Below, piece by piece: positions 20,180-29,956 of a stretch of DNA of 64,000 bases. Positions within the stretch are counted from its first letter, which is position 1; each line of letters begins with the position of its first letter. A program made the position numbers and the translations under genes. The notes beneath the pieces are model-generated. The model did not search any database. It had not been told where the DNA came from and saw nothing but the letters and a program-made list of their open reading frames with translations. The stretch is taken from positions 128,001-192,000 of IMG/VR virus record IMGVR_UViG_3300035498_000530. One strand, written 5' to 3'. This DNA comes from a virus. Taxonomy: Duplodnaviria; Caudoviricetes.

Positions 20180-20225
20180 AAAATAAATACCAGTATGGAA
20201 TTATTCCATACTGGTAATCCTTTTT
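20180..20225. terminator. Bidirectional terminator
   Basis: TACCAGTATGGAA/TTCCATACTGGTA. Confidence 0.7.
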
Positions 20226-20898
20226 ATTTTCTTCTATTTTTATTTTTTCTGCTTTTATAATTCTTTGTTGAGAATGTAGTCTGAGTCTCCTCTTCTGTTT
20301 CTGTAGATTCCTCTTCTTCATTCTCTTCTGTTTCTTCTGTAGATACTTCTTCAGTTTCATCTTCTTTTTTAAGTTCTGCAATAAATGAATTATCTACAAC
20401 TTCAACAGATTTTGAAGATATATCAATCTCTACATCAGGAAGACCTTCTTCATCAACAGAAACTACAGCAACTGCTACTGTTTCAGGAGTAGGTTCTTTT
20501 ACAGTAGTATCAATATCAGCCTTAGGTTCCTCCTTTACAGTTTCTTCAGTTTCTGTAGTTACAGTAACATCATACTCTTCTGCTGGTTTAGTTTCATTTT
20601 CAATAGTAGTATTATCTACTAAACCTACAGTAACATTTGGAGCATGTTTTACTATCTTTTTAACAGGTTTTTCTACCTTTTTAGCTTCCTCTTCTTCGAT
20701 CTCTTTACAAACCTTCTTATAGTCTGTACCATTAAGCAAAACAAGAGAGCCATCTTTTTTAATAGCATAAACCTTAGCACCACAGAAGATACATCTATGT
20801 ATAGAACCAACTGATAGTTCTATCTCTTTTGTACTTCTGATAGCAAAACTAGATTCTGGGACCACAACTGGTCTTGTTGGAATTACTTTACATTTCAT
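20224..20898 (-). CDS. Hypothetical protein, Glu/Thr-rich C-terminus with basic tail
   Basis: AAGGAGG RBS before MKCKVIP. Confidence 0.75.
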   Translation of the reverse strand: MKCKVIPTRPVVVPESSFAIRSTKEIELSVGSIHRCIFCGAKVYAIKKDGSLVLLNGTDYKKVCKEIEEEEAKKVEKPVKKIVKHAPNVTVGLVDNTTIENETKPAEEYDVTVTTETEETVKEEPKADIDTTVKEPTPETVAVAVVSVDEEGLPDVEIDISSKSVEVVDNSFIAELKKEDETEEVSTEETEENEEEESTETEEETQTTFSTKNYKSRKNKNRRK

Positions 20899-20911
20899 TT
20901 TCTTATCCTCC

Positions 20912-21250
20912 TTAGAAGTCATTTAAATAATCTGTAACAGTAGATTTCTCTACAAATGGATTTTCTAAGTCATCTTCCTTAGAATAATCATTTTCGAGTT
21001 CATCATCTTCAACTAATTCAGCTTCATATTCATCTCTAAGCTCATTAGTTACTTGATCAATATCAGCCTGAGTTATCATTTCATCAAGCTCATCATCTAT
21101 AAATGTGTCTGCTGAATTCATTTCTCTTTCAATTTCAGCATAATTATCAGTCAACTCGTCTTCAGTATCTATAATTTCATCTACCTCGTTTTCAAGGATA
21201 CTTGATTCGAGAAGAGCCCTATCTTCAAGATCTGAAAATAATGAAAGCAT
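20912..21250 (-). CDS. Highly acidic late protein, possible prohead core/scaffold component
   Basis: D/E-rich; LLE-S and ILE-N sites; late promoter AACA TATAAT TA at 21295-21306. Confidence 0.55.
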   Translation of the reverse strand: MLSLFSDLEDRALLESSILENEVDEIIDTEDELTDNYAEIEREMNSADTFIDDELDEMITQADIDQVTNELRDEYEAELVEDDELENDYSKEDDLENPFVEKSTVTDYLNDF

Positions 21251-21293
21251 ATTTTACCCTCCTTAATTTAGCCTTTTTAGGCCTTCTATAGAT

Positions 21294-22517
21294 TTAATTA
21301 TATGTTACATTTGTCGCTTTTAACAGATTTTTGATATAGTATTCTATAATATATATCGTTATTGGGATACCATAGAATAATTCTTTGTTTTCGCAATAAT
21401 GTAATTTATCTATGATATCTATTATAGATGTTATATTTATCTCCTGTTTCAGAATATATTCTATCATTATATTATATATAGCATATGGATCACTTATATT
21501 ATATAATGAACTACTTTCTGTTTTGATTCTTTTTACTACATCAGCTGGTATAACCTCTATAGGAGCACCGAAAGTAAATCCTTTAGTAAAGGTTGTAGTA
21601 TAGTATGTATCAAATCTAGCTGTAAGAATACTATTAGGATCGCATTCAGGAACTATATTTACTGTATAATTTGCCAAGTTATCAGTTTCTTGTAATTCTA
21701 TAGATCTGAATACGCTTCTATCATAATCCATAGAGAATGTCTTAGGAATATTAGTCTGATGGCATACATAAATATATTTATTACCACCTGATAACAGTTT
21801 ATTCCTAATGAGGAACTCTATCAAGTAAGGATCATAGACTTTTTTATTCTGATAGAAGTATATAAAGCTTTGTACCTTACTATCAAAGAATAATTCTTCA
21901 TAATACTTCTTAAGAGATACTAAGATATTATCAAGTGATTCTATTAAGTCATAATCTGTACTTCTGATAATAGGATTCATTTCTGTTCCTGTATTATCTA
22001 TAATCATTTTATAACTATCAAGAATCTGAGATTCTATTTCTGTTTCACTATATCTATTAAGACTATACTTTACTACATATGAATTAGCACCATCATCCAA
22101 TGTATCTATATCAACACCATCTACTCTAAACAGATATGGATAATTGGTATGATTTATTTTAAAGTAATCTCCTGGATTTGGAGTTATAGTATTTGGTAAT
22201 ACTACAGCTTCTCCACTAGCACCAGAAGCTTCAATACCAAAATCAGTATCATCAAGATTGAGCTTTACAGATTCTATTCCATACAAGAACATATTCTCAA
22301 TCTTATTAAATTTTATACTACTATCTGCACCTATATTAGAATATGTAGTACCAAGTCCTTCATCCACAGAGGTACTCTTAGTATCTATACTATAATAGGT
22401 TACTACAGTAGCATTTTTATTATTATACTTATAATACGGGTTTTTTAATTTATCTTTCGTTGATTCTACCAAAGAATCAATTGTCATTTTTCTTTCTGTA
22501 TTGATAAACTTTCCCAT
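21294..22517 (-). CDS. Virion structural protein, possibly neck/head-completion
   Basis: Late promoter AACA TTATAT TA at 22541-22552; PNPGDYFKI beta-barrel-like segment. Confidence 0.5.
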   Translation of the reverse strand: MGKFINTERKMTIDSLVESTKDKLKNPYYKYNNKNATVVTYYSIDTKSTSVDEGLGTTYSNIGADSSIKFNKIENMFLYGIESVKLNLDDTDFGIEASGASGEAVVLPNTITPNPGDYFKINHTNYPYLFRVDGVDIDTLDDGANSYVVKYSLNRYSETEIESQILDSYKMIIDNTGTEMNPIIRSTDYDLIESLDNILVSLKKYYEELFFDSKVQSFIYFYQNKKVYDPYLIEFLIRNKLLSGGNKYIYVCHQTNIPKTFSMDYDRSVFRSIELQETDNLANYTVNIVPECDPNSILTARFDTYYTTTFTKGFTFGAPIEVIPADVVKRIKTESSSLYNISDPYAIYNIMIEYILKQEINITSIIDIIDKLHYCENKELFYGIPITIYIIEYYIKNLLKATNVTYN

Positions 22518-22587
22518 TATAAATTCACCTCCATTATATTTAATATAATGTTTTTAGAGAAAAAATAAAGGGGTTTGTGAAAACCCC

Positions 22588-23640
22588 TTATATTCTTATG
22601 ATAGTATCTTTTATTCTATTCGCAGGAACACCATAATCTTTTTCATATACTATATCGCCATATCTAGATTCTGATACAATATATCTGTTTCTGTGAATAA
22701 ATATCGGTATTTGAAATGGCTCCAAATACCTTTTTAATTGCACCATAGTTTCATCTTTGATATCTGAATCTATATAAATATTTATAGATACATTTATAAG
22801 ACCAAGATTCTCAAACAAAAACTTTATGCAATTCAAATAACTCTTTCCACCTATAGAACAATAAATATTATTATCATCATTCCTTACAAGATTGTAATAT
22901 ATACTCAATATATCAAACGGTCCTTCTGCTATATGAATAGTTACTGGACGTAACAAATCCACATTCGTAGGTAATATATAATACCTCTTACTATTATCAA
23001 TCTTATTGAAGATATTATAGTTTATATATCTTTTACCAAGAAATCCATCGTTATTTGGATTAAGATTTCTCATATTAAGAAATCCATTATCATAACTTAG
23101 AAAACCGATAAAAGAGTCGTCCAGAGTTTTCATAACATCTGGACTTCTGGTGAAATTAGTTATATTGTTTTCCATGATTATATCTGATAAATTTAATACT
23201 ATCTTTTTTGAAACTATATCCTCAAGAGTCAGATTCAGGCCAAGTCTGTCATTAATATATTTCAATTTCGAAAAAGTTAACTGATCTTGAGTAATTCTAC
23301 TGTGCTTTATATTATAAATGCCAGTAAACATATTTATTTTGTTTCCTAGCTTTGAATTAAAGTTCTTTATATAAGTATTTAAAGACAATCCAAAGTTAGA
23401 ATCATATATATCAAACCATCTAAGTTTTTCAAATGTAAATACTCCGCCTTCATCACATTTCTTGCAATGATACATTGGTGGAATATTTTCATCTCCTAAA
23501 CCTATATAGAAATGAGCATTCCTAGGATTTCTAGAATCTCCGCATCTGGGGCATCGAGTTAATACCTCTTTGCCACCAGACACGAGTCTAGCACCTGGAA
23601 TATTATTTATCAGATAAATTCCAAGCTCATTAGCATTCAC
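22588..23640 (-). CDS. DNA primase
   Basis: Zn ribbon CPRCGDS...CKKC; TOPRIM IAEGPFDILS and YIDSD; GTG start after GAGGTG. Confidence 0.88.
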   Translation of the reverse strand: MNANELGIYLINNIPGARLVSGGKEVLTRCPRCGDSRNPRNAHFYIGLGDENIPPMYHCKKCDEGGVFTFEKLRWFDIYDSNFGLSLNTYIKNFNSKLGNKINMFTGIYNIKHSRITQDQLTFSKLKYINDRLGLNLTLEDIVSKKIVLNLSDIIMENNITNFTRSPDVMKTLDDSFIGFLSYDNGFLNMRNLNPNNDGFLGKRYINYNIFNKIDNSKRYYILPTNVDLLRPVTIHIAEGPFDILSIYYNLVRNDDNNIYCSIGGKSYLNCIKFLFENLGLINVSINIYIDSDIKDETMVQLKRYLEPFQIPIFIHRNRYIVSESRYGDIVYEKDYGVPANRIKDTIIRI

Positions 23641-23890
23641 CAACAAACACCTCTTTAAGTTCGTTAAGAATGACACCAATACAGCAGCATATGCTAATGA
23701 AAAGACCTAAAGTATTAAAGTCTATCAAAAGTAATGCAAATATGTGGAATAGATTTACAACATGACTAAGATCACGATGTAATATCATGTAAATAAATCC
23801 AGCATGCCATAAAAATGGCACCATCTTAACTATTACTGCGCATAATATTGCATATTTAATAATGCTAATTACATGCTTTTGCGTGGACAT
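23630..23890 (-). CDS. Small membrane protein
   Basis: Hydrophobic segments; GGAGGAGG RBS. Confidence 0.65.
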   Translation of the reverse strand: MSTQKHVISIIKYAILCAVIVKMVPFLWHAGFIYMILHRDLSHVVNLFHIFALLLIDFNTLGLFISICCCIGVILNELKEVFVGEC

Positions 23891-23916
23891 ATAAATCCTC
23901 CTCCTTCGCTTTTGTT

Positions 23917-25596
23917 TTATATATTATCTATCATGTCTATAACCATTAAGAATTCTTCTATTACTTTATCTGATGGGATTGTAATTTCTGCTCCATTACA
24001 ATCTCTATTTTTAAAGTCAATAGCCCTAAAGTCAGAACTGATAATGGTTGCAATAGATGACTCTATTACATTGATAGCTTTTGTCGCATTCTTATATTTA
24101 TCTTTTATAAGATTATAGTAATTTGACTTCTCTAACTTAGATAATTCTTTCTTATTAACAGTATTCTTATCAACAAGCTTTTCAATCCTTGAACTAATTA
24201 TAGCTGCCATATAAGGTAGCTCATTATCCAAAAGAATATTTCTCATAGTTATCATCATTATCACATAATCTTTTATATTAATAAGTTTTGTTGCAGTGAT
24301 ATCCCCAAAATACTTCGCAAAGAATTGGAATATCAAATTCATCTGGAATGAATTAATTATCTGATGATCATTAGCAGATAATTCACGAATATAAAAATCT
24401 ATCTCTTCATTACTAGGAGTACCATATTTATACATTATTGTATCCATGGCTCCTTCACAACATAATTTCGTCTGTACATATATTGCCTCATCTTGTCTGA
24501 TATGATGAGATTCAAATTTATCAAACTCGCTATTCTCATCTTCATCTCTAATAGATGATGAAAATGGAATATATTCATATTCGTATTTAATACGAGTTAC
24601 TTGATAACCAATATTTTCCTGTATAGCTTTATAGTTATAAGGTATAATATTCTGGTTAAAAGTATACTTCGGTACAATTTGTAATAAAATACTTTCTACA
24701 GATGTAAGACTATGGATAGTTACATTAGTTCCTCTAATGTCCTGCATATCCCATAATGCCTTATGAACTATAGAACTTTGTTTAGTATTAGTATGAGCTG
24801 TCTCATACAATTTATTATACATATCTGCCTCTCTTAAAAACTTATTAAGAATGATATCATATATCTTTAATAACAAATCTTTTATATTAGCAGATTTATT
24901 TACACTGCAATAATGAGTTGCTAATGGTATTATCATATTCATAAAAATAGATAATCTCAAAAGCATCTTCGCATGGATATTATCATATTTCAGAACTGGA
25001 TTTCTGGAATTTTCATAATTCAAATCAAGACTATAATTGTCCTCTGTCATAGAATTGATTTTCATAGTCATTATAGGATCATAAATAATCTCCTTTTTCA
25101 AGTCATATAAAAATGCCTCTTCATCATATATATGATTTTCAAATCCTATATCCATCATAAACTTAAAGTATGCATATACCATAATCAATGTTTTATCATT
25201 GTCATAGTACTTTTCAAAATAGTTCATATAATGAGCTATATGCATTCTTATGGTATCACTATTGTAACACCTTTTTGGCTTTGTAGCCATTTTAAAATAG
25301 TCAAAACTATTGACTTTATCGTTATCTTCTGATTTCAATAAATCAGAATTAGTAGAATTATTTTCTGTCTTTGGATTTGACAAAATAGCACCAACCGGTA
25401 CTATTATATAATCTTTCATTTGTTGAAATATATGGTCCATTGGTCCTGGAATCCAATAATCAACACATACAAACCTTTCTACAATTATTTCTTCCACTGG
25501 ATGAGCTTCTATAATCTTTCTAGCGATAGCCTCGTACTCCTCATCGCTTAATCCAGTAGGTATGTCTCTGATCGGATTTATTCTTTTATTAAACAT
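23917..25596 (-). CDS. Candidate non-virion RNAP promoter-specificity (sigma-like) subunit, AR9 gp226/phiKZ gp68-like
   Basis: Helical 559-aa protein two genes from the chaperonin, as AR9 gp226 is from gp228; early promoter at 25626-25641. Confidence 0.5.
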   Translation of the reverse strand: MFNKRINPIRDIPTGLSDEEYEAIARKIIEAHPVEEIIVERFVCVDYWIPGPMDHIFQQMKDYIIVPVGAILSNPKTENNSTNSDLLKSEDNDKVNSFDYFKMATKPKRCYNSDTIRMHIAHYMNYFEKYYDNDKTLIMVYAYFKFMMDIGFENHIYDEEAFLYDLKKEIIYDPIMTMKINSMTEDNYSLDLNYENSRNPVLKYDNIHAKMLLRLSIFMNMIIPLATHYCSVNKSANIKDLLLKIYDIILNKFLREADMYNKLYETAHTNTKQSSIVHKALWDMQDIRGTNVTIHSLTSVESILLQIVPKYTFNQNIIPYNYKAIQENIGYQVTRIKYEYEYIPFSSSIRDEDENSEFDKFESHHIRQDEAIYVQTKLCCEGAMDTIMYKYGTPSNEEIDFYIRELSANDHQIINSFQMNLIFQFFAKYFGDITATKLINIKDYVIMMITMRNILLDNELPYMAAIISSRIEKLVDKNTVNKKELSKLEKSNYYNLIKDKYKNATKAINVIESSIATIISSDFRAIDFKNRDCNGAEITIPSDKVIEEFLMVIDMIDNI

Positions 25597-25625
25597 AGTA
25601 GATTATCGCTCCCTTCATTTGTTAC

Positions 25626-25641
25626 CAATATATAATATGTA
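25626..25641 (-). promoter_or_regulatory. Early-type promoter motif
   Basis: TACATATTATATATTG. Confidence 0.5.
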
Positions 25642-25643
25642 AT

Positions 25644-26405
25644 CTAATATGATTTTTTGCTTTTCTTAGTATAACCGACTTTATTAGTCATTTTTGTTTT
25701 AGATATTGAGCTTGTCCTTTTACTCATACCTTTTCCAGATACTCTCTTTTCTTCAGAAGCTCTTTGTTTAGCAAGTTTAGCTTCTTTTTTATCTTTTCTT
25801 GCTTTTGCTCTTATCTCATTAGATTCTTTCATTTTATCATCCGAATGCATTACATTAGACTTTAATGCCTGCATATTAAATTTGATTCCAGCATCATACA
25901 AAGATTTATTAAAAAGACTGTGATCTTTTATGTACAAAAATGCAAAGTATATACTTTTAACATATCCTATATTAGATGAAGGGTTTCTTATTTCTGCAGA
26001 TTTTCTCATAGCTAATCTACTCATTTTATCTGATAAGTTAGTTATAAATAAGTCTTGTGACTTAAAAGCATTTGCATAAGTAAACACAAATGCAGGATCA
26101 TTTGAATAAAATCTTACAAAGTAGTTTCTAAGATGAGACTCAGATTTAACTTCATTACTTCCTGGGTAAAATTGAATTACTACATCATAGTAAATTTTTT
26201 CTGTAGACTCTGATGGTATTCTTATGTGTATATAATATTCTCCTTTTACAGTTGGAGTAAATAAATAACACTGAAACTTGCCCTGTTCTTTAAGCATAAC
26301 TTGTCCATATTTCTGCTCATAAGACTTCTGTATTAATTCTTTTTGGCTCATTACAGATCCTTTTCCCATTGGATTATCGATATATCCATTAAGAGTTTGT
26401 TTCAT
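25644..26405 (-). CDS. Hypothetical protein with basic C-terminal tail
   Basis: 253-aa ORF with GGGAG RBS. Confidence 0.75.
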   Translation of the reverse strand: MKQTLNGYIDNPMGKGSVMSQKELIQKSYEQKYGQVMLKEQGKFQCYLFTPTVKGEYYIHIRIPSESTEKIYYDVVIQFYPGSNEVKSESHLRNYFVRFYSNDPAFVFTYANAFKSQDLFITNLSDKMSRLAMRKSAEIRNPSSNIGYVKSIYFAFLYIKDHSLFNKSLYDAGIKFNMQALKSNVMHSDDKMKESNEIRAKARKDKKEAKLAKQRASEEKRVSGKGMSKRTSSISKTKMTNKVGYTKKSKKSY

Positions 26406-26467
26406 ACTAAAATCTCCCTTTTTATGCTGATGGGGACTTGCCCCATCAGCATCATTTTATGTATTGC

Positions 26468-28183
26468 TTATTTATCTAATCCATATACATTATGCAACGG
26501 TGTCTCAAGAATAAACTGATTAGCCGTAAACATTACTGTTACAATTTCTCCAATAGCTCCAAGTATTGTAGCATCTGACTCGATAGATGACAATACTTTT
26601 TGGTCATATTCTTTTGTAATCATATTATATGGAGTTGGTGATTCCAAAAGAGTTTCAAATTCTTTGTCATTAAGTTTCTCTTTACTATAAAGAACCTTGA
26701 TAAGTTCTTCATATGAATTGAGAATAATAGAAGCAATTTCAACATCAAGAATACACTTTTCAGTATTAAGATCTGTTGTATACTTTCTATTGATATCTCT
26801 GAAACATCTATAACCTTCGAAGTTTGCACCATAGCCTACACCATTAGCTGCTGCAGACCTACAGTTAAGTACAGCATCTTCTACTGCTGCTCTAAGACTA
26901 TCTCTATCGCTAGTAGCAATACCACCGATAAGATACTCTACCATATTTGCCTTAAGAGAATTAATTCTTCTCTTAAGATTACCAGTTACATTAGCATCCT
27001 GACCATCTCTCTTAGCCTTTTCCAATTCAGCCTCAAGGAATGTAATAATGGACTTAAATGTATCTGACTTTGAACCATCTTCATTATACATGAATTTAGG
27101 GTTAATAATCTTTGTAGTATATGCATCTGATACTACTTCATCAGCAGTACCGTAGAAGTCTACTACATTACTCAAGTCAGGAGCAAGACCTTTCTGAATG
27201 TCCATTTCCTGAATTTTTGGATCAAGATATTTCTTGATTACTTTACCACCACAAAGCTGTGCGATATCAGATAACTGATCACCATCATAGATATTGCTTA
27301 TAATCAATATAGGTGGCTTATTAGCAGGATCAATTTTATAAATCCAAATAGCAAGATCTTTCATGATATTACTCATATCTGGAGAGATCTTTGGAGCCAT
27401 AATAACTGTAGGAACTACTGTTTCATAAGTACCATCATTATATGGCTTAATGATATTATTACCAATAATAGTATCGAACAATGCTGCCATATTAGGAGTA
27501 TCAATAGGATCCTCAAAGATATATATTCTTGGAGCTCTTATTGTAGCTGTACCCTCTTTGATATCATTAATACACCATGTATCTACATAGCCAGTTTCAA
27601 TAGTCATACCATCATAAATTTTGAGCTGGCTTGTTTCTGAAGTTGAAACTGATACATCAATAAATACATCCAAACCGAATTCATTGTAGATATCTGATAT
27701 TTCTTTAGCTACTTCTACATTATTATTTGTAGCAATAAGAGCTATATTATAGATATCTTCCATTGTAGCTTGTCTTCCATCACTTCTGATGAGTTCCTGA
27801 GCTTCTTCAATTACTTTCTTAAATGAAGAAATAATCTCAGATGATGTATAATTCTTAGAATCCAATTCTGTAAGATTCTTAAATATATTAGCTGAAAGAA
27901 TAACAGCTGATGTTGTACCATCACCAACCGTCTTTACGATATGTCTTGTGATGTTTTCAATATCATCTTTGATAGCTCTTTCAAGCTGATTCTGAAAATA
28001 AATATGAGATAAAATAGTATGACCATCCTTAGTATAGATGGTTTCCATCTTGTCTTTTGTAATTCCAGTAAATGAACCATATGGTCCAAATGAAGAAGCC
28101 AGTACCTCACTAAGTTTATCTAATGTAGCTTCCTGAACTGGTCTTAAGTTGTTTTTTGTTACCACGTTTGTTACCAATGCCAT
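26468..28183 (-). CDS. Phage GroEL-like chaperonin
   Basis: SFGPYG, TKDGHTIL, VGDGTTSA, VEDAVLNCRSA. Confidence 0.93.
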   Translation of the reverse strand: MALVTNVVTKNNLRPVQEATLDKLSEVLASSFGPYGSFTGITKDKMETIYTKDGHTILSHIYFQNQLERAIKDDIENITRHIVKTVGDGTTSAVILSANIFKNLTELDSKNYTSSEIISSFKKVIEEAQELIRSDGRQATMEDIYNIALIATNNNVEVAKEISDIYNEFGLDVFIDVSVSTSETSQLKIYDGMTIETGYVDTWCINDIKEGTATIRAPRIYIFEDPIDTPNMAALFDTIIGNNIIKPYNDGTYETVVPTVIMAPKISPDMSNIMKDLAIWIYKIDPANKPPILIISNIYDGDQLSDIAQLCGGKVIKKYLDPKIQEMDIQKGLAPDLSNVVDFYGTADEVVSDAYTTKIINPKFMYNEDGSKSDTFKSIITFLEAELEKAKRDGQDANVTGNLKRRINSLKANMVEYLIGGIATSDRDSLRAAVEDAVLNCRSAAANGVGYGANFEGYRCFRDINRKYTTDLNTEKCILDVEIASIILNSYEELIKVLYSKEKLNDKEFETLLESPTPYNMITKEYDQKVLSSIESDATILGAIGEIVTVMFTANQFILETPLHNVYGLDK

Positions 28184-28198
28184 TGTAAATTCCTCCTT

Positions 28199-28903
28199 TT
28201 ATCCCATTGAAATCGGTGGTTTAATATAAGGGGCTACAGTTCTAATCAAGTTTGAATCATGAATAATAAAACTAAGTTCCCTTAATGGTATTTTCTTTTT
28301 GTAATCACTCATATTAAATGGATACTCCAGTATATATATTTGATTACCAGAAAATTTCTTATATTGAATAATGCTTAAAAAATACTTAACAAAATAAGCA
28401 TTATATAAGTCTGTATCTATTTCTTCTCTAGGTGAGATTATTGTTCTAAACAAATTTGGATACTGCTTATTTAATAGATTAACTTCTGATTCTCCTCTAC
28501 AAATAACAGTTACATTTATTCCAGATTCTGTTGTCCTATAGACTTCCATTAGTCCGCATATATCAGTAATAGGACTATTCTTCAATATAAAATCATATGC
28601 TTCGCTACTTGACATTATATCCTGAAGTAGTGAGTTAGCATCATCCTCAGTCATTTTATCCCTATCTGCTATTTCTAGTATAGGGTTTATATCTTTTCTA
28701 AATAGTGCAAAATCAAAAAGCACATTATCATTCTTTAAATTATTAAAAGTATAATTGAAAAATTTAGAACCTTTATAGTTCTTAAGTAGATATTTGTATA
28801 TACCTATATCTATATCTACCATTGCATCAAAATCTATTAAGATTTGATTGTTTGGCTTCAAAGGAGCCACTTTATTGGGATCTACACCAGGTACTTGATT
28901 CAT
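28199..28903 (-). CDS. Hypothetical protein, HAD-like fold possible
   Basis: ILIDFDAMVD resembles HAD motif I. Confidence 0.45.
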   Translation of the reverse strand: MNQVPGVDPNKVAPLKPNNQILIDFDAMVDIDIGIYKYLLKNYKGSKFFNYTFNNLKNDNVLFDFALFRKDINPILEIADRDKMTEDDANSLLQDIMSSSEAYDFILKNSPITDICGLMEVYRTTESGINVTVICRGESEVNLLNKQYPNLFRTIISPREEIDTDLYNAYFVKYFLSIIQYKKFSGNQIYILEYPFNMSDYKKKIPLRELSFIIHDSNLIRTVAPYIKPPISMG

Positions 28904-28922
28904 TTTAAGCACCTCCAATCAC

Positions 28923-28963
28923 AAAAAATAATACAGCGAGCGATTATAAATAACTCGCTGTAT
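28923..28963 (-). terminator. Intrinsic terminator
   Basis: ATACAGCGAG/CTCGCTGTAT stem with T tract. Confidence 0.65.
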
Positions 28964-28976
28964 GTATTATGCTTAA

Positions 28977-29807
28977 TTAATCACCATAGCCATTTCCAAT
29001 ATTTGTATAACTATTGTTTGATCTACCATTATTAAACATGTTGTTGGAACGACCTGATGACTGTCTATTGCTTACACCAAGAGCTTCCTGAATTGTATCA
29101 AGCTTCTTATTGAATCTATTATCATTCCACTTCATCTGCTCAATAACAGAATATGCCATGGAATTTGTCATTGATTCTGCATAAGAATCAAGAATTTCAA
29201 TTAATTCATAAAGCTCAAGAATCTTAAAGTTTACATCATTTGCAGTTTCTGCAACAGTAAACTTTGTAGGGTCATTGTCAGTAGAACCAGTTATACCATA
29301 AAATGTATTAGGTCTTGTCTGGTATGCTGCTGAACCAATCAATGTTTTAGAACCGCTCTGGAATACTTTAATAGAAATAACCGGACTTGGTTCATTAATA
29401 TTAAAGTCAGAGCCGTCTGATATATTGATTATTGATTCTGTATTGTTTGCATGAGTACATGTAATACCAACACTTTCTGCTGAACCGTTCTCATTATAGT
29501 TCTTAACAAATTCCTTTACCATGTTAGATAAGATTCTAGCCTTTGTTGGATTAATGTATGACAATACAGTTTCCTTATCACGATATTCAATATTATTACC
29601 ATTCCTTACACAAGGAACGATATAGATTTTCAATAAGCCTTGCCAAAATGAAAATCTTAAAGCATTAGTTCCTACAGATGAATCATAATTATTCATCCTA
29701 TAGTTGCTGTAAACAACTGGGGAGTATACTTTATCTTCTCCACCTCCACCATTGTTGTTTCTAAAATTATTGTTATTATTATAATTATTATTTCCGTAAC
29801 CTACCAT
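28977..29807 (-). CDS. Hypothetical protein with Asn/Gly-rich termini, possible ssDNA-binding protein
   Basis: AAGGAGG RBS; low-complexity ends; early motif 29886-29901 and AACT-N6-TA upstream. Confidence 0.6.
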   Translation of the reverse strand: MVGYGNNNYNNNNNFRNNNGGGGEDKVYSPVVYSNYRMNNYDSSVGTNALRFSFWQGLLKIYIVPCVRNGNNIEYRDKETVLSYINPTKARILSNMVKEFVKNYNENGSAESVGITCTHANNTESIINISDGSDFNINEPSPVISIKVFQSGSKTLIGSAAYQTRPNTFYGITGSTDNDPTKFTVAETANDVNFKILELYELIEILDSYAESMTNSMAYSVIEQMKWNDNRFNKKLDTIQEALGVSNRQSSGRSNNMFNNGRSNNSYTNIGNGYGD

Positions 29808-29956
29808 TTCGAATTCCTCCTTGGATTAATTTGAGATTACTATTAAGTTGCAATATGAGTAATAACTTACTCTATTTCCTCCTTTCGATATTATAATATA
29901 TAAGCATTATCTAATATACAAAAGAGGCCCGTAGAGAACTGGGTCTCTACGGGTTC

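Noticed and set aside
23917-25596. Chimallin (phage nucleus shell) or PhuZ tubulin
   Set aside because: No recognisable motifs; synteny fits the gp226-like subunit better; cannot be excluded elsewhere in the genome
26424-26452. Strong hairpin after the chaperonin as a terminator
   Set aside because: No U tract on the coding (minus) strand; more likely a stability or processing hairpin
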